Source: Candidatus Levyibacteriota bacterium (GTDB lineage Bacteria > Patescibacteriota > Microgenomatia > Levybacterales > UBA12049). From it: a DNA stretch of 64,000 nucleotides. The notes under the pieces are model-generated. The model saw nothing but the letters and a program-made list of their open reading frames with translations, had not been told where the DNA came from and made no database searches. Numbering within the stretch: position 1 is the first letter of the stretch; each line of letters begins with the position of its first letter. This document shows, one piece after another, positions 10,561-20,451 of the stretch. The DNA lies in assembly GCA_018061075.1 (NCBI GenBank), contig JAGOUW010000001.1:103105-167104 (forward strand). Reading direction: 5' to 3'. A program made the position numbers and the translations under genes.

Positions 10561-11812
10561 CGCGTTTTCCTCCAGTTGAGATAAGTTTAATTGGAGTTTT
10601 TGTTTCTTTTTCTATGAAATTTAAATACTCTTGTGCTTCTTTGGGGAGTTTTTTAAAAGTGGTAATTCCATTTGTTTTTGATTCCCAGCCTTTAAATGTT
10701 TTATATATAGGTTTTACTTTAGGAAGTTCTTCCGTGAGTACGTCTTCGTAATTAACTCTTTTTCCTCTTAGCTCGTAATGAGTCGCAACTTTTATCTCTG
10801 AGAAATTATCTAAGATATCAAGTTTTGTTATCGCAAATGCGGTGAATCCATTAATTCTGCTTGCAAATCTTAAAAGTTCTAAGTCTAACCAACCGCATCT
10901 TCTTGCGCGTCCAGTTGTTGCTCCAAATTCAGCGCCAATACTTCTTAACTTTTCTCCTGTTTTATTATTAAGTTCGGTAGGGAAGGGGCCTCCACCAACG
11001 CGAGTTGTATAAGCCTTTGAGACTCCTATAATATTTTTTAATTTTTGCGGTGCAACACCTGCATAGTGAGTAATACCGCCTGATAAAATATTTGATGCCG
11101 TTACGTAAGGATAAGTACCCCAATCATTATCAAGATAAACTCCCTGTGCTCCTTCGAAAACTATATTTTTATTTTTATCTATCTCATCATTTAATAGCCC
11201 AAAAGTTTCAAAAACGAATGGTGCTATTTTTTTTCTAAATACTGAGAAGTTTTTTTCGATTTCTTTCTGAGAAAGCGGTTTAGCTCCTAATGCTTTTAAG
11301 ATTTTATTTTTAACAAGAAGTTGAGTTTTAAGTTTTTCAGAAAATAATTCGGGAGCCATCAAATCTCCAAGTCTTATCCCGTTGTAGCTTGCTTTGTCTG
11401 CGTAGGTTGGACCAATTCCTCTGCCTGTAGTTCCTGTTTTTACTTTTCCTTTTGCCTCTTCATAAAGAGAATCAAGTATTTTGTGATAAGGCATTATTAA
11501 ATGACAGCGGGGTGAGATAAAAATTCTTCCTTTTATTTTTATTTTTGCTTTTTCAATATCTTCAATTTCTTTTATTAAAATCTCAAGATCTAGGATTACG
11601 CCATTCGTAATAAGATTTTTTGTTTTTGGATTGAAAATTCCTGATGGGACTAGATGAAGAGAGAATTTTCCAAGACTATTTATAATAGTATGTCCTGCGT
11701 TATTTCCACCGTGGAATCTTACGACGAGATCTGCTTTTTCTGCGAGGTAATCGATGATTTTTCCTTTTCCTTCATCTCCCCATTGGGCACCGATAATTAC
11801 AGTTGTTGCCAT
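10541..11812 (-). CDS. purA: adenylosuccinate synthase
   Basis: 'GAQWGDEGKGKIID' P-loop and 'GTTGRGIGPTY'. Confidence 0.95.
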   Translation of the reverse strand: MATTVIIGAQWGDEGKGKIIDYLAEKADLVVRFHGGNNAGHTIINSLGKFSLHLVPSGIFNPKTKNLITNGVILDLEILIKEIEDIEKAKIKIKGRIFISPRCHLIMPYHKILDSLYEEAKGKVKTGTTGRGIGPTYADKASYNGIRLGDLMAPELFSEKLKTQLLVKNKILKALGAKPLSQKEIEKNFSVFRKKIAPFVFETFGLLNDEIDKNKNIVFEGAQGVYLDNDWGTYPYVTASNILSGGITHYAGVAPQKLKNIIGVSKAYTTRVGGGPFPTELNNKTGEKLRSIGAEFGATTGRARRCGWLDLELLRFASRINGFTAFAITKLDILDNFSEIKVATHYELRGKRVNYEDVLTEELPKVKPIYKTFKGWESKTNGITTFKKLPKEAQEYLNFIEKETKTPIKLISTGGKRDETIKV

Positions 11813-11861
11813 GTAGACATCTGGATTTTAGTACAGATCTCTCGCACTTGCAAGGATCAAG

Positions 11862-11870
11862 TGGTACAAT
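11862..11870 (+). promoter_or_regulatory. extended -10 (TGgTACAAT), 9 nt before dnaG ATG
   Basis: Read directly. Confidence 0.5.
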
Positions 11871-11879
11871 TGAAATCCT

Positions 11880-13628
11880 ATGGATCAAGCCTCACAAGTG
11901 AAGGAAAAAATCGACATAGTTTCACTTATTTCTGAATACCTTCCCCTTAAAAAAATGGGGAGAAATTTTACGACAGTATGTCCATTTCACAGCGAAAATT
12001 CTTCATCATTTGTTGTTAGTCCTGAAAGACAAATTTGGCATTGTTTTGGATGTGGAAAAGGAGGCGACGCATTTTCGTTTTTAATGGATTATGAAAATTT
12101 GGAGTTTGTAGAATCTCTTAGAATTCTTGCAAAAAAAGCAGGTGTTACCTTAAATATTACTTCAAATTCATTTGCAACGTCTAGAAAGGAGGCAATATAT
12201 TCTTTAAATAAAATTGCAGCAGAATATTATCATTTCGTATTAACAAAGCATCCGGTAGGGGAGAAAGCTCTTTTGTATTTAATTAAAAATAGAAATATAA
12301 ATGAAAAATTAATTAAAACATTTCAAATTGGATTTGCTCCTAGTAGGGGAGAGGACCTTTCTAAATATTTGCTTGATAAAAAAAAGTTTAAAAAAATGGA
12401 TTTGGTAGAGGCAGGACTTGGAATTCAAAAAGGGGAGAGGGTAATTGATTTTTTCAGAGGAAGAATTATTTTCCCCTTAATTGACCACAGGGGAAATATC
12501 TCTGGTTTTTCAGGAAGAAATATAACAGAAGCAGACTTTGGACCAAAATATATAAACACCAGAGACACTCTGGTTTATCACAAGGGAAGTATGTTTTTTG
12601 GGCTTAATCTTGCAAAAGACTCGATTAAAAAAGAACAATCGACAATTGTGATGGAGGGGGAGTTTGACGTAATAACTGCATTTAAAGAGGGAATTACAAA
12701 TGCAGTTGCTCTTAAGGGGACTGCGTTAACAGAAAATCAAGCAATACTTCTGTCTAGATTCGCTCCAAAGGTTTCACTTTGTCTTGATCAGGATAATGCT
12801 GGAATTGAAGCAATGAAGAGAAGTATTCCTGTACTAGAAAAAAGAGGATTATCAATTACTGTAATAATACCCGATGAAAAGGATCCAGACGAGGCTCTTA
12901 AAAGTAATCCGGTTGGTTTTAAAAAAGCTATAAAAAATGATAGGGAAATTTATGATTTCTTACTCGATAAATTTGTTTTGGAAAATGATTCTGATTCTGC
13001 GATTGGTAAAAAGAAAATTGGAGATGAGATGCTCCCATTGATTTCAAATATTCAAAATGAAATTATTAAAGAGCACTATTTAAAAAAATTAAGCGAAGCA
13101 ATTAGTACTTCTTATGATTCTCTTTTAAGGCAAATCGAAAATAAAACAACAGAAAAAGAGGAAAAGATAGCTCCAAAAATACAAAAACAAAACAGACATG
13201 AGCTTCTTGAGGAATATCTTTTAGGTCTTGTTATCCAAGGCATAGAACCAAAACAAATGCTAATTAAGGTACAAGATATTTTAAATAAATATGAGTTTTT
13301 TATTCCTTCTGTTGGAAAAATATTTGCCGAAATTTTAACAGTAGTAAATGCTAAAGATTTTGATTTGAAATCTGCGTCTAAGAATTTATCCTCAGAGCTC
13401 CTGCCGGTGTTTGATAAATGTTTCTTGATGCCTCTTCCGAAATTTGAGGATAATATAAAATATGAAGAGGAGATTATTCGAGTATCAAAAGATTTAAAAT
13501 TAATTCAACTTAAAGAAAAAATAAAACAAATTAGCCGTGATTTAAAGGGAAAAGAAGAAAATGAAGAAGAGATTGAAAAAATTAAAGAAGAAATTGCTAG
13601 CATAACTTCTCAAATTGTTTCTTCTTAG
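11880..13628 (+). CDS. dnaG: DNA primase
   Basis: Zinc ribbon 'CPFHSENSSSF...WHCFGCGKGGD' and TOPRIM 'VMEGEFDVI'. Confidence 0.9.
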   Translation: MDQASQVKEKIDIVSLISEYLPLKKMGRNFTTVCPFHSENSSSFVVSPERQIWHCFGCGKGGDAFSFLMDYENLEFVESLRILAKKAGVTLNITSNSFATSRKEAIYSLNKIAAEYYHFVLTKHPVGEKALLYLIKNRNINEKLIKTFQIGFAPSRGEDLSKYLLDKKKFKKMDLVEAGLGIQKGERVIDFFRGRIIFPLIDHRGNISGFSGRNITEADFGPKYINTRDTLVYHKGSMFFGLNLAKDSIKKEQSTIVMEGEFDVITAFKEGITNAVALKGTALTENQAILLSRFAPKVSLCLDQDNAGIEAMKRSIPVLEKRGLSITVIIPDEKDPDEALKSNPVGFKKAIKNDREIYDFLLDKFVLENDSDSAIGKKKIGDEMLPLISNIQNEIIKEHYLKKLSEAISTSYDSLLRQIENKTTEKEEKIAPKIQKQNRHELLEEYLLGLVIQGIEPKQMLIKVQDILNKYEFFIPSVGKIFAEILTVVNAKDFDLKSASKNLSSELLPVFDKCFLMPLPKFEDNIKYEEEIIRVSKDLKLIQLKEKIKQISRDLKGKEENEEEIEKIKEEIASITSQIVSS

Positions 13629-13649
13629 GTTTAATTTGAGCTCAATTTG

Positions 13650-13658
13650 TGGTAGAAT
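13650..13658 (+). promoter_or_regulatory. extended -10 (TGgTAGAAT), 8 nt before rpoD ATG 13667
   Basis: Read directly. Confidence 0.6.
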
Positions 13659-13666
13659 ATAGTAGT

Positions 13667-14749
13667 ATGGCAAAAACCGCCCCAAACATCCTTGCTGATA
13701 TTGTTGATTCTGCAAAAAAACGCGGATATATAACGCAAGAAGAAATTCTTTCTATGTTTCCAAAACCGGAAGAACACATAGAGGACCTAGATACTCTTTA
13801 TGACAAATTACTAAAAGCTGATATTGATGTTTTTGAGTCAGTTGCGGAAGGCCAGGAGGGTGAAAAACCAATTGAAGATCTTGAAAAAGAGCTAGAGGCT
13901 TTAACTGTTTTAACAGAGGGAACAGTTAGTGATCCAGTCAGGATGTATTTAAAGGAAATTGGTAGAATTCCACTTTTAAATTTTGATCAGGAAATTGTTC
14001 TAGCTAAAAGAGTGGAGAAAGGGGACGAAGAAGCAAAAAAAATATTAGTTAATTCAAATCTTCGTCTTGTTGTTTCAATTGCAAAGAAATATGTTGGCCG
14101 CGGGCTTACGCTTCTTGATTTGATTCAAGAAGGAAATCAAGGTTTAATTCGCGCAGTAGAGAAGTATGACTGGAGAAGAGGGTTTAAGTTTTCAACATAT
14201 GCTACTTGGTGGATTCGTCAATCTATAACACGTGCGATCGCTGATCAGGCGCGCACTATTAGAATTCCTGTTCATATGGTAGAAAATATAAACAGATTCT
14301 TAAGAGCTTCTAGAAAATTAATGCAGGAATTAGGACGCGAACCAACCCCAGAAGAAGTTGCAAAAGTTCTAGATATTGACCCAGAGAAAGCACTTGAAAT
14401 TATAAAAATTTCCCAGGAGCCAGCAAGTCTTGAATCTCCAGTAAGTGATGAGGAGGATTCTCGTCTTGGAGATTTCATTCATGATTCAGCAGCACCAACT
14501 TTATTTGATTCAGCAAGTAGAGAGCTTTTAAAAGAACAGGTTGATCAAGTTTTAGGAACTTTATCAGACAGAGAAAGAAGAGTTCTTGAAGAAAGATTTG
14601 GACTTAAAGATGGTAGGCCAAAAACTCTTGAAGAAGTGGGAAAAATGTTTGCTGTAACTCGAGAAAGAATAAGACAAATTGAAGCTAAATCACTTAGAAA
14701 ATTAAGACATCCTTCCAGGGGAAATAAATTAAAAGACTACCTAGGTTAA
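13667..14749 (+). CDS. rpoD: RNA polymerase sigma factor RpoD (start revised from 13649)
   Basis: Region 2 '[34 protein letters not shown]' and region 4 '[19 protein letters not shown]'. The track's GTG (13649) lies inside TGgTAGAAT (13650..13658), and ATG 13667 is 8 nt after that -10. Confidence 0.9.
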   Translation: MAKTAPNILADIVDSAKKRGYITQEEILSMFPKPEEHIEDLDTLYDKLLKADIDVFESVAEGQEGEKPIEDLEKELEALTVLTEGTVSDPVRMYLKEIGRIPLLNFDQEIVLAKRVEKGDEEAKKILVNSNLRLVVSIAKKYVGRGLTLLDLIQEGNQGLIRAVEKYDWRRGFKFSTYATWWIRQSITRAIADQARTIRIPVHMVENINRFLRASRKLMQELGREPTPEEVAKVLDIDPEKALEIIKISQEPASLESPVSDEEDSRLGDFIHDSAAPTLFDSASRELLKEQVDQVLGTLSDRERRVLEERFGLKDGRPKTLEEVGKMFAVTRERIRQIEAKSLRKLRHPSRGNKLKDYLG

Positions 14750-14819
14750 CCTCAGCCAGCTTCAAATAAATTGATCTCTTTTGTTTAATGTTTTTATGCA
14801 CATATATTAATTGACCCGT

Positions 14820-14839
14820 GGGGTAGGGGAGGCGGCGGG
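14820..14839 (+). other. G-run tract GGGGTAGGGGAGGCGGCGGG, bracketed by ACCCG/CGGGT
   Basis: Read directly. It is the only such G-tract I saw in an AT-rich intergenic region. The flanking 5-bp complement is 14814..14818 / 14836..14840. Confidence 0.6.
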
Positions 14840-14886
14840 TTAGTGAATAAAAATCATAGTAATTCATGCAAAATACCTATGAAAAC

Positions 14887-15000
14887 ATGAAATTTCACGA
14901 GATATTTTCACAAATATATCACGTCGCACAATGATATACCGGAGAAGAGGTCATGGGATAAAATTTCGCGAAATTTCAATTAATTATGCGAAAATTTCAT
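14887..15000. repeat. cluster of AAATTTC-core palindromes / inverted repeats
   Basis: TGAAATTTCA (14888..14897) is a perfect 10-bp palindrome. AAATTTCGCGAAATTT (14961..14976) is a perfect 16-bp palindrome. A related GCGAAAATTTCAT lies at 14988..15000. Confidence 0.7.
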
Positions 15001-15053
15001 TAAATTAATACTTATACTTAAGTATTCCATCTTCCTTGGGGTTTAAGTGATTT

Positions 15054-15623
15054 TTATTCCTGAGGAGATTTTACTTGTTTTCCGAGGCCAAGAGTAGGTC
15101 GGGAAATTCCTTTTGCGGGCATTCCCTCAAACCCTCCTCTTTTAGGATTAACCCAGAATCTACTTGTATGAGTCGTACCATCTTTACCGGTATATGTATG
15201 GGCAATTTCTATGGAAACTCGTCTGTGATTTTTGGGCCTTTGAGCATCTCTAGGATCTTCTACTCGCTGAAGTACTAATCCAGAGGTTGGCTTATCGGCT
15301 CTTCCCAATCTTTCTCTTGTTGGATCCCACCTAGGACCATTCCATAACCAAGTATCAATACCAACTGTTAAATATCCAGGCTGCTCAGGAGATCTGATTG
15401 AGTCGACTCCGAATACTGGGGGCGTTGAACTCTGATTAGGAGCTGGTTCTGTAGGGGTAGTTGATTGGTGTATCCCAAACGAGGCTAATAATTCCTGTTC
15501 GACCTGAGCATCTGTTAATGTTGATGCGGCAGGTTTTCCTAAGGTATAGTGTGCGCCCTGATGCTCCCTAGGTGTTTTAGATGGTGGAAGATGTATTGTT
15601 CCTCTTTCTCGTGCTTTACTCAT
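15054..15623 (-). CDS. hypothetical protein (GC-rich orphan, 189 aa)
   Basis: Long ORF with markedly higher G+C than its neighbours (15421-15480 = 29/60). S/T/P-rich N-terminal half and Trp-rich 'DTWLWNGPRWDP'. No motif was recognised. Confidence 0.5.
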   Translation of the reverse strand: MSKARERGTIHLPPSKTPREHQGAHYTLGKPAASTLTDAQVEQELLASFGIHQSTTPTEPAPNQSSTPPVFGVDSIRSPEQPGYLTVGIDTWLWNGPRWDPTRERLGRADKPTSGLVLQRVEDPRDAQRPKNHRRVSIEIAHTYTGKDGTTHTSRFWVNPKRGGFEGMPAKGISRPTLGLGKQVKSPQE

Positions 15624-15674
15624 ATTAGTTGCTTGGGCTCCATCCGCAATCAGGGCAATTTTTTAAATTACCTT

Positions 15675-18077
15675 TTACGATTTCTTTTGTCTTTTCTCCA
15701 TCTGCTTCCCATTTGCAGTTTTTGCAGATGATTTTATAACAGACTTCGCAGTTTTCATTTTGCCTAGGATCCATGCATCAAGATTATACCACTTAATTAT
15801 TAATATTAAGATTGTTACGAGGATTGAAGTTAGGGAAATTATTTTTGCAAATTTGAATGAATCGGGAGCGTAGAAAATTTCAACTTGATTTTCTCCAGCT
15901 GGAATAGGCACTCCTCTAAAAGTATAATTTGCCCTGATGATTTCTATGTCATTTCCATTTATCTTTGCAAACCATCCTGGATAGAAATTATCTGAAATAA
16001 CTAGGATTGAATTATCATTTGAATTCAGATTTAATAAAATTTTGTTAGGAGAATATTCAATTATTTCTGCTTTTCCCAGACTACCCTCCCCTATTTTTAT
16101 TTTTGGATCATTTTCTAAAACTACAGATTTTTTTAAATCAAAATTTTCATCAAACATTTTATCTAATATTTCCTGTGAGTCTGCTTCTGTTACATACTCC
16201 CCTACTAGATAGGCTTTTGGTAGTGCTTCTAGGTTTTCAAAAATTTGAAAATCACTATCCTGATAAATTAATTTAAATTTATTTTTTGGGTAATTTTTAA
16301 ATTGAAAAGCCCAGGGTTTTCCAGTGTCAGATTTTTTTTGAAGAACATATTTGATTCCTAGGATATCAATTGTTTTTGGAAAATATTTTCCTTCTTCTGG
16401 GAGATATGCACCTAATCTGTCTGCTTCCTGAAATTCTCCGTTATATATTGACTTAGTAAATTCTCCATATCTTTTTATGTAAAGCGGATCATATCCTTCA
16501 GTTGTAGGAAGATTAAAATATGCACTTCCTTCCTCTCCGAAGGGAGTAAATATTCTGAAATTTTTATCTAGTTTTTTTAATTCTTTAATTATTGGGGTTT
16601 CTATATAAGCAAGTTCTTTTGATTCAAATGGCTGCCACTTGGTGGCAAATCTTAGCATGTCAAATGTAACTAAAATAAATATTATTACAAAACTAATTTT
16701 CAATAATTCTTTTTTTAATCCAATTAAAACAGAAGCTATTAATCCCAAAGATAATACAGTAGGAAGAATTAAGTTTCTCTTAGCAATTGAAATAAAGTCT
16801 GGGTTTATAAAATTTCCCAATATATAGATCCATAGAATTAAAATTAACCCAAGAGTTATCGCTACCCAAATAAAAATATTTTTTATTTTTTTATTGTCTA
16901 AATCTTTCTTAATTCTATCAAGTCCATATGCTGCAAGAATAGAAATTGAGAAGCTGAATAAGCAAAGAATTCTACTTAATGAAGAAGTTGATAAAACAGG
17001 AATCTTAAGGTTTATGAATGCATCGATTATGATGGTATCTAAGGATAAAGCTAGAGATAAAAGAGCCATTAATATAAAAAAGATAACCCTTTTTGATATT
17101 ATAAATATACTAAAAAGCGCAAGAAAAAAAGTAATGACCCCGGTAAACATATTCCATTCAATGTAATGGCCCAGGAGGTTATTTCTTGTTACAGGATTTC
17201 CATAGAAATCAGGAGAAATAATTGTTGGGAGATGAAAAAAAGGAATCGTATTTATTTTTTGAAACAATAAGCTTCTGGATGCGTTTTGATAAAGTTCAAT
17301 TGATGGGATTAGCTGAATTGACGAAGATAAAATTCCTAAAATAGCAAAAATAAATGAATTTATAAATGCATTAACATTTTTTGTCTCAATTAATTTAAAG
17401 AATAAAAATAAGACTATGAATATCGTGAAATATAAACTTGTCTGAAAATGTCCGCTAAAAAATGACAATGGAATTGAGATAAAAAGAATTAAAAGAAATA
17501 TGGGTTTTTTTAATTCAAAATATTTTTCAATCGAAAATAAGGCTAGTGGTAAAAATGAAATTGCCAGGGATAATGTGGACCAGCTCATCCATGTGGTTAT
17601 AAAGCCGGAAAACATAAAAGAGATTGATGCGACTAGGCTTGCTGTTCGACTTATCTTTAGGCTTCTTGCAAAAAGAAACATGAAAATTCCAGCCAGAAGT
17701 GGCTGAATTAATACGGATATTCCCCATGCATTGTTAAAATCTAAAACAAAAAAGAATAAATTTGTTATTGAGAATACCGCAGATTGATAATTCGCTAAGT
17801 GGAGTGTTCCTGAAAAGCTATATGGATTCCAAAGAGGAACAGCTAGATTTTTCCATGACTCAATTGTTAGATGGCGCCAAGGCATGATTTGAGAAACTAC
17901 GTCTGGCATAGCTGGATTTTTAATAGGTCCTAAATATCCTTCATTAGTATTCCAAAGAGAAAGCGCATTTAATTGATAGGAGGTGGGATATGGAATTTTA
18001 TTTTCTAAAAAAAATGGCTTAGAAAAAACAAGCCATACGAAAAAAATTACAAGTAAAGGAAAAACTTTCTTTAGCAT
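15675..18077 (-). CDS. YfhO-like polytopic membrane protein (putative glycosyltransferase)
   Basis: 800 aa with more than 12 predicted TM helices and a C-terminal extracytoplasmic domain. The overall layout matches the YfhO family. Confidence 0.5.
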   Translation of the reverse strand: MLKKVFPLLVIFFVWLVFSKPFFLENKIPYPTSYQLNALSLWNTNEGYLGPIKNPAMPDVVSQIMPWRHLTIESWKNLAVPLWNPYSFSGTLHLANYQSAVFSITNLFFFVLDFNNAWGISVLIQPLLAGIFMFLFARSLKISRTASLVASISFMFSGFITTWMSWSTLSLAISFLPLALFSIEKYFELKKPIFLLILFISIPLSFFSGHFQTSLYFTIFIVLFLFFKLIETKNVNAFINSFIFAILGILSSSIQLIPSIELYQNASRSLLFQKINTIPFFHLPTIISPDFYGNPVTRNNLLGHYIEWNMFTGVITFFLALFSIFIISKRVIFFILMALLSLALSLDTIIIDAFINLKIPVLSTSSLSRILCLFSFSISILAAYGLDRIKKDLDNKKIKNIFIWVAITLGLILILWIYILGNFINPDFISIAKRNLILPTVLSLGLIASVLIGLKKELLKISFVIIFILVTFDMLRFATKWQPFESKELAYIETPIIKELKKLDKNFRIFTPFGEEGSAYFNLPTTEGYDPLYIKRYGEFTKSIYNGEFQEADRLGAYLPEEGKYFPKTIDILGIKYVLQKKSDTGKPWAFQFKNYPKNKFKLIYQDSDFQIFENLEALPKAYLVGEYVTEADSQEILDKMFDENFDLKKSVVLENDPKIKIGEGSLGKAEIIEYSPNKILLNLNSNDNSILVISDNFYPGWFAKINGNDIEIIRANYTFRGVPIPAGENQVEIFYAPDSFKFAKIISLTSILVTILILIIKWYNLDAWILGKMKTAKSVIKSSAKTANGKQMEKRQKKS

Positions 18078-19735
18078 TATTTTTTAATTTTTAGTTTGAT
18101 TTGAGTTAATAGTATTAATGGAAGAACCAATAATCCTGATAATGAAATTAGCGAAACAAGATTTGCAAATTTTCTGAGTTTTGTATCTTCAAATCTTATT
18201 ATTATACTGTGAAGCCCCTCGTCTACGTAAAAAGTAATCAGTCCCCTATTCTTAGGGTCTTGAAACTCCACTTCAGTTACAAGATTTTCGTTATCATATA
18301 CTTTCCATCCCGGAAAATACAATGTGTTTTCTCTTATTCTTGTTCTTTTGTTTGCGTTAATTACATATTCATGGAAAGTGGAGTTTCTATCCACTTTTTT
18401 TATTTGTGCCTCTCCGTCAATTATTTCAATATCGTCTTTTGGCATCTCTTCCATAAATCTTATCGACCAAATTGGAGAAACTTCTCCAGTGTCAGTCGTT
18501 CCCTTAAATTCATTTTCAAAATAACTATCCGTGAAAGATTTATCATAAGCTTTAGCATGCCAGTAAGAAAAAGTTGGTATAATTGCAGTAAGAATTATTA
18601 ATATCATAATTTTATTTTTATTAAATTTTGATATAAAAATTGCGCCAATTATCGAAGTGCAGAATGTTACGATTGCAAGAAATCTCCATGGAAATTGGAT
18701 CTTAGGAAGAGTAGTTAAAATTTCCCAGATGAAATTTGATTCCTTAATCATTAAGAAAATACTTCCAATGAAAATGATTAATGTGCCAAGATAGAAAATC
18801 CTTTGTTTGTCATTTTTCTTAAATATTTTTTTGAAAAACACTAATGAGAGCAGTACTAAAATTAAATGAGCGATTCCTATTTGGACAGTAAATATTCCTG
18901 AACCTCCAAATATCCACGGTCCATAGAGAAGTGATATTGGGTCAACGAAATGTTTTGAATATTCACCAGCTGTTAAAATATCCCTTAAGGTATATTTTCC
19001 TTCCATAAACGCTGGAAACCAAAAAAAGAAACTTAAAAATGCGCCGTATCCAAGTGAAGAAAAAGTTATAAATAGCTTAAGTTTAGATTTACTTTCAAAA
19101 AATAAATAAAGAGAATAGAAAATAATAAATGGAATGAATAAAAGACTTATTGCGTTATGTGTTAAAACTAAAAGCATAAATGAGATTGCAGAAAAAATTG
19201 ACAGTAGATAGTAAGATTTTAACGATGAATCATTCTTAAGTTTATGTAGCCTTAATAAGGCATAACCAATAAGTGGTAAAAAAACGAAAGCCATGTGTTC
19301 GCCTAATGCTCCCCTAATATATAGATCTATAAATCTGTATGGAGCATAAAGATAAAGAACTGCTGCGACAATTCCTGCGTTTTTTCCTAAAAATTCCTTA
19401 ATCCATAGATACATAAAAATTCCACTGAGGGTATATGAAATTGCCAGTAATGTTTTTATGCTATCTGTGTAGCTCAATCCTAAAAAGTGAAGTACCGAGC
19501 CAAGATAAGATGGAAGTGGATAAACAAACATTAAAACTGGATTTCCAAATCCAAGATTTAAATTTCCTGCCCATCTTGGGATTAAAATTCCTTCAGAAAG
19601 ACTTTGATAAAAGCTTGCAAGTCTTCCGCCATGAAGCCATGCATCATGACTTACCAATAGTCCAGGAGTTAATAGATTTAAAAGTGGGATTAAGGACACT
19701 AGAAAAACAAACAAGAGGCCCTTTTCAAATCTCAT
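18077..19735 (-). CDS. GT-C-fold-like polytopic membrane protein (PTPS-related/PMT-like)
   Basis: 552 aa. The N-terminal 'SHDAWLHGGRLASFYQSLSEG...PRW' loop plus many TM helices resembles membrane proteins annotated as PTPS-related. Confidence 0.45.
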   Translation of the reverse strand: MRFEKGLLFVFLVSLIPLLNLLTPGLLVSHDAWLHGGRLASFYQSLSEGILIPRWAGNLNLGFGNPVLMFVYPLPSYLGSVLHFLGLSYTDSIKTLLAISYTLSGIFMYLWIKEFLGKNAGIVAAVLYLYAPYRFIDLYIRGALGEHMAFVFLPLIGYALLRLHKLKNDSSLKSYYLLSIFSAISFMLLVLTHNAISLLFIPFIIFYSLYLFFESKSKLKLFITFSSLGYGAFLSFFFWFPAFMEGKYTLRDILTAGEYSKHFVDPISLLYGPWIFGGSGIFTVQIGIAHLILVLLSLVFFKKIFKKNDKQRIFYLGTLIIFIGSIFLMIKESNFIWEILTTLPKIQFPWRFLAIVTFCTSIIGAIFISKFNKNKIMILIILTAIIPTFSYWHAKAYDKSFTDSYFENEFKGTTDTGEVSPIWSIRFMEEMPKDDIEIIDGEAQIKKVDRNSTFHEYVINANKRTRIRENTLYFPGWKVYDNENLVTEVEFQDPKNRGLITFYVDEGLHSIIIRFEDTKLRKFANLVSLISLSGLLVLPLILLTQIKLKIKK

Positions 19736-19739
19736 TTTA

Positions 19740-20168
19740 TTATTTTGCAGTAGAATATTTTTTAAATAGAAGCATGATCACGGTTATAGCAATAAAAGAA
19801 ACGAGAGAAAGAAATGGAATCGTAATAAAACCTAGCCATTCAATTTGTTTTGTGGTGCATGAAATTCCAATAGTGCATGGCTCTAGGCTTTCAGGAATAA
19901 TTTTATAATATAGAAGATTGTGATATGCGGCAATTACAAGTCCGATTATGCTTAAGGGTAATGCGAAATATGGAATATTTTTATCTTTTTTTATAATTCC
20001 AACAGCAAAGATAACGACTAAAGGATACATGAATATTCTTTGATACCAGCAGAGTAAACATGGGGGAAGTTTTAAAATCTCGCTGAAGTATAAGCTGCCA
20101 AGAGTTGAAGTTAGGGAAATGATTAATGCGAATTGTAGTAAATTTTTTTTCAAAAATGACATTTGCAT
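19740..20168 (-). CDS. disulfide bond formation protein (DsbB/BdbC family)
   Basis: Four TM helices, with 'PPCLLCWYQR' CxxC in the first loop and a second Cys pair 'CTIGISC'. Confidence 0.7.
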   Translation of the reverse strand: MQMSFLKKNLLQFALIISLTSTLGSLYFSEILKLPPCLLCWYQRIFMYPLVVIFAVGIIKKDKNIPYFALPLSIIGLVIAAYHNLLYYKIIPESLEPCTIGISCTTKQIEWLGFITIPFLSLVSFIAITVIMLLFKKYSTAK

Positions 20169-20213
20169 AACTGATTATACTCCTTTTTTTATTTATATAA
20201 AGTGGTTTTAAGC

Positions 20214-20399
20214 TTATTCTAAATAGTTGTAGTCTGAGGAATTAGTCGAGTAGTCCGTGTCATAATTTGATCTAAAATTTCCCGAGTTAATAATTCCTGA
20301 GAAATATAAAAGTCCATAAATTATGCTGCCAATTATTAGATAAAAAACGATCCATTGCCAAACGGGTCTTTTTCCATATGTTTTTCTAGGTTTGGCCAT
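20214..20399 (-). CDS. small single-pass membrane protein
   Basis: Dedicated TTGACA-17-CATAAT-6-ATG promoter. One TM helix (WIVFYLIIGSIIYGLLYF). Confidence 0.5.
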   Translation of the reverse strand: MAKPRKTYGKRPVWQWIVFYLIIGSIIYGLLYFSGIINSGNFRSNYDTDYSTNSSDYNYLE

Positions 20400-20405
20400 A
20401 TGGAA

Positions 20406-20434
20406 ATTATGATGTAATGGAATATTTTTGTCAA
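20406..20434 (-). promoter_or_regulatory. TTGACA-17-CATAAT, 6 nt before ATG 20399
   Basis: Read directly. Back-to-back with the VIT1 promoter. Confidence 0.65.
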
Positions 20435-20436
20435 TT

Positions 20437-20445
20437 TGATAGAAT
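20437..20445 (+). promoter_or_regulatory. extended -10 (TGaTAGAAT), 6 nt before ATG 20452
   Basis: Read directly. Confidence 0.6.
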
Positions 20446-20451
20446 GTAATT

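Noticed and set aside
14867-15008. Two tiny overlapping ORFs (22 aa and 25 aa) sit in the palindrome-rich intergenic region, and their peptides share KF(H/R)EI.
   Set aside because: The peptide similarity is a by-product of the DNA repeat. There is no promoter or SD, and equivalent mini-ORFs also appear on the reverse strand because the DNA is palindromic.
15075-15731. Plus-strand ORFs 15075..15278 and 15549..15731 lie inside or next to the GC-rich orphan.
   Set aside because: These are shadow frames opened by the locally high G+C. The 189-aa minus-strand frame is longer and continuous. I found no start signals for them.
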